Position numbers and translations under genes: made by a program | The notes under the pieces: generated by a model | Database searches by the model: none | What the model was told of the DNA's origin: nothing | What the model saw: the letters and a program-made list of their open reading frames with translations, nothing else | NCBI GenBank assembly: GCA_963528875.1 | Contig: CAURWT010000001.1 | Span: 240,001-272,000, forward strand | Direction: 5' to 3' | DNA: 32,000 bases | Source of the DNA: an uncultured Candidatus Saccharimonas sp. | Lineage (GTDB): Bacteria > Patescibacteriota > Saccharimonadia > Saccharimonadales > Saccharimonadaceae | Shown here: positions 25,674 to 31,102 of the stretch, piece after piece | How the letters are laid out: each line of letters starts with the position of its first letter | Position numbering within the stretch: position 1 is the first letter of the stretch

Positions 25674-26183
25674 ATGCCGAAAGAATTAATTCAGCGAACA
25701 TTAATTTTATTTAAGCCAGATGCTGTTCAGCGTGGAATTGTGGGAGAGATTTTAACGCGTTTCGAAAGGGTTGGTTTGAAAATAATCGGCACAAAAATGA
25801 TTTTCCCAAGCAAAGAGCATTATCACAAGCACTATGAAGGAATTGGCAAAATGGTTACACGGCGTGGTGAAAAAGCTTTTGACATGGCGCTAGAATTTAT
25901 GACTCAAGGGCCTGTCATTGCAATGGTTTTTGAAGGTGTGGAGGCGGTTGAATTGGTCCGAAAACTTGTTGGCGGAACTGAACCAAAAACGGCACTTCCT
26001 GGTACAATTCGTGGAGATTATTCGCACATGAGTTTTGGCTATGCAGATGAGCACAATGTTGGGATTCCGAATCTAATTCATGCTTCAGGTAGTATTGAAG
26101 AAGCTAAACAAGAAATTTCACACTGGTTTTCAGATTTCGAAATTTACGATTATACTTCACCTCGCGAAAAATTTACGCGTTAA
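25674..26183 (+). CDS. ndk: Nucleoside diphosphate kinase
   Basis: ERTLILFKPDAVQRGIVGEILTRFE and NLIHASGS (active-site His). TATAAT at 25641-25646 and SD AAGGAG. Confidence 0.9.
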   Translation: MPKELIQRTLILFKPDAVQRGIVGEILTRFERVGLKIIGTKMIFPSKEHYHKHYEGIGKMVTRRGEKAFDMALEFMTQGPVIAMVFEGVEAVELVRKLVGGTEPKTALPGTIRGDYSHMSFGYADEHNVGIPNLIHASGSIEEAKQEISHWFSDFEIYDYTSPREKFTR

Positions 26184-26207
26184 AATCTCGCTATTTTTTA
26201 AAAAATC

Positions 26208-26216
26208 TGGTAAAAT
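26208..26216 (+). promoter_or_regulatory. Extended -10 promoter TGGTAAAAT, 10 nt upstream of tRNA-Arg
   Basis: Read directly. Confidence 0.5.
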
Positions 26217-26226
26217 AGAGTAGTGA

Positions 26227-26303
26227 GCCTCGGTAGCTCAATTGGATAGAGCAGTTCCGTCCTAAGGAAAAGGTTATAGGTTCGATTCCTATCCGGGGTA
26301 CCA
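26227..26303 (+). tRNA. tRNA-Arg (anticodon CCT), CCA encoded
   Basis: Hand-folded cloverleaf. Acceptor GCCTCGG/CCGGGGT, D arm GCTC..GAGC, anticodon loop GTCCTAA, T arm ATAGG-TTCGATT-CCTAT, then ACCA. Confidence 0.85.
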
Positions 26304-26315
26304 CTAAATTTATTT

Positions 26316-26831
26316 ATGAAAGAACAAATTTTTAAAGGTCAAAGAGAAGGCGAAGAATTTCTCTTTATGTTTCGAAAGCATATTATTGCAATGCGAAAGG
26401 GTTTTTACCTTTTTTTGGGTATTTTTGCGATTTCTTGTTTGCCAACATTTTTTATGCTAACATCAGATAATCTAATGGATGCACTTTGGATTGCTTTTGG
26501 TGGATTTATTGTTGGTTTGATTTTATTTTTTTATCAATTCATGCTTTGGTATTATTCTCTTTACATTGTTTCGAATGAGCGGATTCGCCAGATTACACAA
26601 AAAGGCTTTTTTGGGCGAAAAATGATGGACTTACCGCTTTCGAAAATTCAAAGTGTTAATTTTGAAATTCCAGGTTTTTTTGGTGAAATTTTCCATTTTG
26701 GAACAATCAATATTTTTACAATCGTGGGTGATTTAGAAATTAAAAATGTTGAACATCCAGAAGAGATTTATAATAAAATTCAAGATGCGATTTCGAAAGT
26801 TGAAATGGAGGGAGAAAATGAAGAATATTAG
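26316..26831 (+). CDS. Membrane protein with a bacterial PH-like (YdbS/YdbT-type) domain
   Basis: Two TM segments followed by SNERIRQITQKGFFGRKMMDLPLSKIQSVNFEIPGFFGEIFHFGTINIF. Family assignment is by eye. Confidence 0.6.
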   Translation: MKEQIFKGQREGEEFLFMFRKHIIAMRKGFYLFLGIFAISCLPTFFMLTSDNLMDALWIAFGGFIVGLILFFYQFMLWYYSLYIVSNERIRQITQKGFFGRKMMDLPLSKIQSVNFEIPGFFGEIFHFGTINIFTIVGDLEIKNVEHPEEIYNKIQDAISKVEMEGENEEY

Positions 26832-27867
26832 AGAAAAAGCCAAAAAAATTAGAGATAAGGTTTCAAAAAAACCTGAATCTCACGAAAGCCAGATTGCAAA
26901 AATTACAAATACGACACTTGAAGAACAACGTCGTGAGATTTTGAATAAGGGTAAAAAATTTAAATATCCTGTGCAATATAGCAAAAATCGTTTAGTGATT
27001 AACGCCTTAATTATTGCTGGTGTAATTCTAATTACAGGTGCAAGTTTGCTTTGGTATCAGCTTTATCAAGCTCAAAATACCAGTGAGTTTGTTTATCGTT
27101 TTACAACCATATTGCCGTTTCCAATTGCAAAAGTTGATGGTGAGGAAGCACTTTATAGTGATTATTTGATGGAATATCGGGCGAATATGCAAATTGCAAA
27201 TACTAAAAAAGATGAAATTGAAGGAGCGAATAATATAAGCGCACTTTCAACTTTAAACAAATCAAAAGCAATGAAAAATGCAATCGCAAATGCTTATGTT
27301 CAAAAAAAGGCTCGTGAACTTGGAATTTCAGTTTCAGATAAAGAAATTAGTGAAGCTTTTGATGCACAGAGAAAAATACAAAATACCGAGCTTACTGAAA
27401 GCGCTTTATATAAAATTGCGGCTGATAATTATAATCTTTCGCCAAGTGAATATCGCCGAATGTTTATTGAATTGCCACTACTTCGCCGAAAAGTGACTGC
27501 ACAAATTGATAAAACGGCTGAAAATCTTAAAAATGAGGTTTCGAAATATTTAAGTGAAAATGCAAATAATTTTTCGAAAGCTGTTGAACATTTTGGCGAT
27601 AAAATTGAATACGCAAAACCTGGAAAAGTTCGAAAAACTAACATTGATGGTGGTCGTTCTAAAATTGCTGCAGGATTGAAAGTTGGTGAAGTTTCGAAAC
27701 CGTTTATTTCAAACTCGGGTGATGGCTATTATATCGTTAAATTGATTGAAAAAACTGATAATGAAGTTAGTTATGAATCGATAAAAATTAAATTTACTGA
27801 GTTCAATAAACAACTTGAACAGCTCGAAAGAGATGGTAAGATTCAAAAATATATTAAAGTTGACTAA
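26818..27867 (+). CDS. Membrane-anchored SurA-N/PpiC (parvulin)-like chaperone
   Basis: Start moved from 26746 to the ATG at 26818, which follows GGAGGGAG. Basic N-terminus, one TM, and a C-terminal GEVSKPFISNSGDGYYIVKLIEK parvulin-like segment. Confidence 0.55.
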   Translation: MKNIREKAKKIRDKVSKKPESHESQIAKITNTTLEEQRREILNKGKKFKYPVQYSKNRLVINALIIAGVILITGASLLWYQLYQAQNTSEFVYRFTTILPFPIAKVDGEEALYSDYLMEYRANMQIANTKKDEIEGANNISALSTLNKSKAMKNAIANAYVQKKARELGISVSDKEISEAFDAQRKIQNTELTESALYKIAADNYNLSPSEYRRMFIELPLLRRKVTAQIDKTAENLKNEVSKYLSENANNFSKAVEHFGDKIEYAKPGKVRKTNIDGGRSKIAAGLKVGEVSKPFISNSGDGYYIVKLIEKTDNEVSYESIKIKFTEFNKQLEQLERDGKIQKYIKVD

Positions 27868-27874
27868 ATAAATT

Positions 27875-27904
27875 GCACAGCAAAAGCTGTGCTTTTTATT
27901 TTTT
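27875..27904 (+). terminator. Rho-independent terminator
   Basis: GCACAGC-AAAA-GCTGTGC followed by TTTTTATTTTTT. Confidence 0.85.
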
Positions 27905-27923
27905 ACCTCAAAGGATTAATAAT

Positions 27924-27953
27924 TAAAAAATAAAAAATCGCCGGAAAGCGATT
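27924..27953 (-). terminator. Rho-independent terminator for tRNA-Asp (minus strand)
   Basis: Minus strand reads AATCGC-TTTCCG-GCGATT followed by TTTTTATTTTTT. Confidence 0.6.
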
Positions 27954-27969
27954 CTTTAAAGTCTAAATT

Positions 27970-28047
27970 TGGCGCGCCCGACCGGATTCGAACCGGCGAT
28001 CTCCTCCGTGACAGGGAGGCGTACTAGGCCAACTATACCACGAGCGC
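27970..28047 (-). tRNA. tRNA-Asp (anticodon GTC), CCA encoded
   Basis: The reverse complement folds as follows. Acceptor GCGCTCG/CGGGCGC, anticodon stem CCTCC/GGAGG with loop CTGTCAC, T arm GCCGG-TTCGAAT-CCGGT, then GCCA. Confidence 0.9.
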
Positions 28048-28064
28048 ATTGGTAGACTAATACA

Positions 28065-28073
28065 ATTTTATCA
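28065..28073 (-). promoter_or_regulatory. Extended -10 promoter (TGATAAAAT on the minus strand) for tRNA-Asp
   Basis: The reverse complement of 28065-28073 reads TGATAAAAT. A TTGATT -35 lies 17 nt upstream on the minus strand. Confidence 0.5.
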
Positions 28074-28125
28074 GACTCCCAGCAAAAAATCAAGCACTTT
28101 TTTGGTTTATTTTTCAAAAAGTTTG

Positions 28126-28134
28126 TGGTATAAT
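28126..28134 (+). promoter_or_regulatory. Extended -10 promoter TGGTATAAT, 10 nt upstream of tRNA-Thr
   Basis: Read directly. Divergent from the tRNA-Asp promoter. Confidence 0.55.
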
Positions 28135-28144
28135 TTAAGTATAT

Positions 28145-28220
28145 GCCGATGTAGCTCAGTTGGTAGAGCAACGCACTCGTAACGCGTAGGTCAGCAGTTC
28201 AATCCTGCTCATCGGCTCCA
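28145..28220 (+). tRNA. tRNA-Thr (anticodon CGT), CCA encoded
   Basis: Acceptor GCCGATG/CATCGGC, D arm GCTC..GAGC, anticodon loop CTCGTAA, T arm AGCAG-TTCAATC-CTGCT, then TCCA. Confidence 0.9.
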
Positions 28221-28231
28221 ATTTATTTTTT

Positions 28232-28603
28232 ATGAAAACAATAGCTAATTTATTTAAACCAATTTTAAAAGACCGCAAAATATTAATTTTGATGGCGTCT
28301 GTATTTCTATCTGGAATTATTTTCTTTATTTTTATGATTTTAAATACAAAATCATATGATTATCTTTTGAACGTGCGTTATACGGTTTTTGGAACTAGTG
28401 AGTTTTATAAAGATTCCTGGACTTATCGGATCATTTTGGCTGTTTTTGGTCTAATTATTTCATTTATTCATAATATTATTATCGCAAAAATTTATAGCAT
28501 TTCTGGCAGGCGTGTAGCTGCAATCTTTGCAATTTTTAGTATTATTCTTGTTCTAGTTGGTATGATAATTATAGGCACTTCAATTCGCGAGATCCCAAAC
28601 TAA
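28232..28603 (+). CDS. Small polytopic membrane protein, coupled to the downstream GT2 synthase
   Basis: 123 aa with 3-4 hydrophobic segments. TAATG overlap with the next gene. Confidence 0.55.
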   Translation: MKTIANLFKPILKDRKILILMASVFLSGIIFFIFMILNTKSYDYLLNVRYTVFGTSEFYKDSWTYRIILAVFGLIISFIHNIIIAKIYSISGRRVAAIFAIFSIILVLVGMIIIGTSIREIPN

Positions 28604-30291
28604 TGAGCAAGAAAGTTGATATTGAAATTCCACTTGGAAAGCGAACTTTTAAGTATCGCTTTTTCGAAGTTCTGCCAGCTTTTTTGAGCTTTGGCGCAAT
28701 TATTTTAATGTTTATACTTTCGGCTTTTTCTCCTTTTTTGGCCTCTCTCTATCTTTTAACGATCATTACAACTCTTCTCGTTAAGGCTATTGGGATCGCT
28801 TATCGAATGATAACGGGTCATCTTCAGATTGAAAAAGCTCAAAAAGTCGATTGGAATAAACGTCTAAATGAGCTTGAGAATGCTGGAAAATCTTTAGATA
28901 TTCTCAAAAATCAGAGAAATAACGAATACGAGTTTAAAAACCACCTTCAAAATTTGAGTGATATTATAAAAAATCCAACTAGCTTTCCAGAGCCCTCAAA
29001 GGTAAAAAATGCGGTAATTATTGCAGCTTATAATGAGCCTTATGAAGTGATCCAGCCAACTATTCAATCTGTTTTGGCTTCAAATTATGATACAAAAAAC
29101 TTACTTATTTTCTTGGCCTATGAAGAGCGTGGCGGTGAAGAAATTGAAAAAACTGCAATTAGGCTTAAAAAAGAATTTTCGAAAAGCTTTGGCACTTTTG
29201 AAATTGTGAAACACCCAAAAAATCTACCAAATGAAGTTGTTGGAAAGGGCGGAAATATCACTTTTGCTGGGCGAGCACTTCAAAAATATTGCGAAAACAA
29301 TAAAATTCCTTTCGAAAATGTACTCGTTACAACGCTTGATAGCGATAACAAGCCGCATAAGGAATATTTTGCTTGCGCAACTTATAGTTTTATTATTCAT
29401 GAAGACCGTAAAAAGCTTTCGTATCAGCCGGTTTCATTATTTTTGAATAATATTTGGGATGTTCCAGCTCCAATGCGCGTGGTTGCAACCGGTAATTCGT
29501 TCTGGAATATCGTCTCAACAATGCGGCCGCACCTTTTACGAAATTTTGCTTCACACTCACAGCCTCTTGATGCTTTAGTTGAAATGGATTTTTGGTCAAC
29601 TCGCACAATTGTTGAAGATGGTCATCAATTCTGGAGAAGTTATTTTCATTTTGGCGGCGATTATTATGTAGTACCAATTCGTGTGCCAATTTACCAAGAT
29701 GCAGTTCTAAGTGAAACTTTGCCAAAAACGCTCAAGGCGCAGTTTATTCAGCTTCGTCGCTGGATGTATGGGGCGAGCGATATACCATATGTTGCTAATT
29801 TATACTTTTCGAAAAACCGCAATGTACCAATTATTGATGGTTTAATGAAGCTTATTCGCTTGATTGATGGGCATGTGACAGCTGTTTTTCAATCACCAAT
29901 GGCTGCTTTTGGTGGTTGGGTGCCACTGATTGTTTATGCTGCCTCTTCTCGTAGCGTGATCGTGCATCAATTACCGAATGTGATTAGCACACTTCAGCAA
30001 GTTGCAACTGTGGGGATTTTCATTACAATCTTAATTAGCTTAAAAATGCTACCACCACGCCCAGAGCGTTATAAAAAACGTCGTTCTTTATGGATGGTTG
30101 TGCAGTGGGTTTACATGCCTGTAACTTCAATATGCTATAATGCGGCAGCAGCAGCATATTCGCAAACTCGATTAGCATTCGGTAAATATCTTGATAAATT
30201 TGATGTTACTGAAAAGGGGCGAATTGAAGATGTTGAACGTGCAAAGGCTGAAAGAGCTAAAAAACGAGCTTTAAAGAAGCAAAAAAAATAA
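28603..30291 (+). CDS. Membrane-embedded family 2 glycosyltransferase, processive synthase type (D, DxD, ED, QxxRW)
   Basis: N-terminal TMs. AAYNEP, TLDSDNKP (DxD), IVEDGHQFW (ED), QLRRWMYG (QxxRW). C-terminal TMs and a basic tail. Confidence 0.8.
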   Translation: MSKKVDIEIPLGKRTFKYRFFEVLPAFLSFGAIILMFILSAFSPFLASLYLLTIITTLLVKAIGIAYRMITGHLQIEKAQKVDWNKRLNELENAGKSLDILKNQRNNEYEFKNHLQNLSDIIKNPTSFPEPSKVKNAVIIAAYNEPYEVIQPTIQSVLASNYDTKNLLIFLAYEERGGEEIEKTAIRLKKEFSKSFGTFEIVKHPKNLPNEVVGKGGNITFAGRALQKYCENNKIPFENVLVTTLDSDNKPHKEYFACATYSFIIHEDRKKLSYQPVSLFLNNIWDVPAPMRVVATGNSFWNIVSTMRPHLLRNFASHSQPLDALVEMDFWSTRTIVEDGHQFWRSYFHFGGDYYVVPIRVPIYQDAVLSETLPKTLKAQFIQLRRWMYGASDIPYVANLYFSKNRNVPIIDGLMKLIRLIDGHVTAVFQSPMAAFGGWVPLIVYAASSRSVIVHQLPNVISTLQQVATVGIFITILISLKMLPPRPERYKKRRSLWMVVQWVYMPVTSICYNAAAAAYSQTRLAFGKYLDKFDVTEKGRIEDVERAKAERAKKRALKKQKK

Positions 30292-30319
30292 GTACTCTGA
30301 AAAGGGTGCTTTATTTTTT
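30292..30319 (+). terminator. Possible Rho-independent terminator after the GT2 gene
   Basis: GTACTC (30292-30297) pairs with GGGTGC (30304-30309), with two G-U pairs. Followed by TTTATTTTTT. Confidence 0.4.
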
Positions 30320-30332
30320 GGTTCAATATTCA

Positions 30333-30361
30333 TTAAATTTAAAAGCGGCCAATTTGACCGC
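30333..30361 (-). terminator. Orphan minus-strand Rho-independent terminator with no annotated gene upstream
   Basis: Minus strand reads GCGGTC-AAATT-GGCCGC followed by TTTTAAATTT. There is no T-run on the plus strand. Confidence 0.55.
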
Positions 30362-30619
30362 CTAATGTAGGAGCATTTGTAAGGTTTTCTTAAACCTTAC
30401 CAAAAAAGTGCGTCGTCGTTTGGGTGACGAAAATAGCAGAGGTTATTATGAATGCAACAGTAGTTACTAAAAACTATATAAAAAAATTTTTTTTATTTTG
30501 TTTGCCCAAACCTGATTAGACTTTTTCCGAAGCCTAATCTCATTTTTATTTTACTGCGTTTTATTTAAAAAAGCAAGCATAATTATGATGTTGAGTATCT
30601 TTTTCGAAAGCTAAAAATT

Positions 30620-30697
30620 TTGTTCGCTTTTTTAGTAAAATTGAGTTTTTGAAAATAAAACATTTCACACGAAAGTCAAACTTAAAAAAGCGAACAA
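30620..30697. repeat. Perfect 15-bp inverted repeat (TTGTTCGCTTTTTTA / TAAAAAAGCGAACAA) around a 48-bp spacer
   Basis: Arms at 30620-30634 and 30683-30697, read directly. Lies in non-coding DNA. Confidence 0.9.
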
Positions 30698-30846
30698 TCT
30701 AAAATAAATATCTCACCAAATGAATAAAAATTTTCGAAAGCTGAAAACCAGCTTGTGGAAAAGCTTTGGCGGAATGTGTAAAACTAAAAAATACAATAAC
30801 GCTATATGTAGGGAAGAAGAAAATATGAAAATAGTGATAATTTTTA

Positions 30847-30876
30847 CAAAACTAAAATACCGCACATTGAGTGCGA
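30847..30876 (-). terminator. Possible terminator for tRNA-Val (minus strand)
   Basis: Minus strand reads CGCAC-TCAAT-GTGCG followed by GTATTTTAGTTTTG. Confidence 0.4.
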
Positions 30877-30938
30877 TATCTTAGAACATTGATTATAAAA
30901 ACTAACAATATAATTAAAGGAATTACTATATTATAAGT

Positions 30939-31015
30939 TGGTGGGCGATAGAGGACTTGAACCTCTGACTTTCACAACGTCAATGTGACGCTCTAGCCAA
31001 CTGAGCTAATCGCCC
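30939..31015 (-). tRNA. tRNA-Val (anticodon GAC), CCA encoded
   Basis: The reverse complement folds as follows. Acceptor GGGCGAT/ATCGCCC, anticodon stem TCACA/TGTGA with loop TTGACGT, T arm AGAGG-TTCAAGT-CCTCT, then ACCA. Confidence 0.9.
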
Positions 31016-31023
31016 GTGGTTTT

Positions 31024-31032
31024 ATTTTAGCA
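31024..31032 (-). promoter_or_regulatory. Extended -10 promoter (TGCTAAAAT on the minus strand), 8 nt upstream of tRNA-Val
   Basis: The reverse complement of 31024-31032 reads TGCTAAAAT. A TTGAAT -35 lies 17 nt upstream on the minus strand. Confidence 0.5.
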
Positions 31033-31056
31033 AAGCTTGCAAGAAAATTCAAGTGG

Positions 31057-31065
31057 TGATAAAAT
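31057..31065 (+). promoter_or_regulatory. Extended -10 promoter TGATAAAAT for thrS, with a leader of about 30 nt containing TTTCGAAA and SD AAAGGA
   Basis: Read directly. Divergent from the tRNA-Val promoter. Confidence 0.45.
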
Positions 31066-31102
31066 AAAAAGAGTTAAAATATTATTTTCGAAAGGATTTT
31101 AA

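Noticed and set aside
27987-27992. TTCGAA inside tRNA-Asp as part of the genome-wide motif
   Set aside because: It is the universal T-loop GGTTCGAAT sequence, so it was not taken as evidence for the motif phenomenon.
30720-30884. 54-codon, very basic plus-strand ORF (MNKNFRKLKTSLWKSFGG...)
   Set aside because: It has no SD or promoter, overlaps the predicted tRNA-Val terminator and the DnaA-box-like sites, and its composition is typical of random AT-rich sequence.
30915-30940. dif-like site (ATTACTATATTATAAGT) next to tRNA-Val
   Set aside because: It has only loose AT-rich resemblance to the XerC/D-arm consensus and is not a convincing 28-bp dif.
30292-31015. Integrated mobile element at the 3' end of tRNA-Val
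   Set aside because: There is no direct repeat of the tRNA 3' end, no integrase and no cargo genes in the adjacent 650 bp.
31016-31102. T-box riboswitch upstream of thrS
   Set aside because: Only about 85 nt are available between tRNA-Val and the start codon. That is too short for a T-box, and no specifier or T-box sequence is evident.
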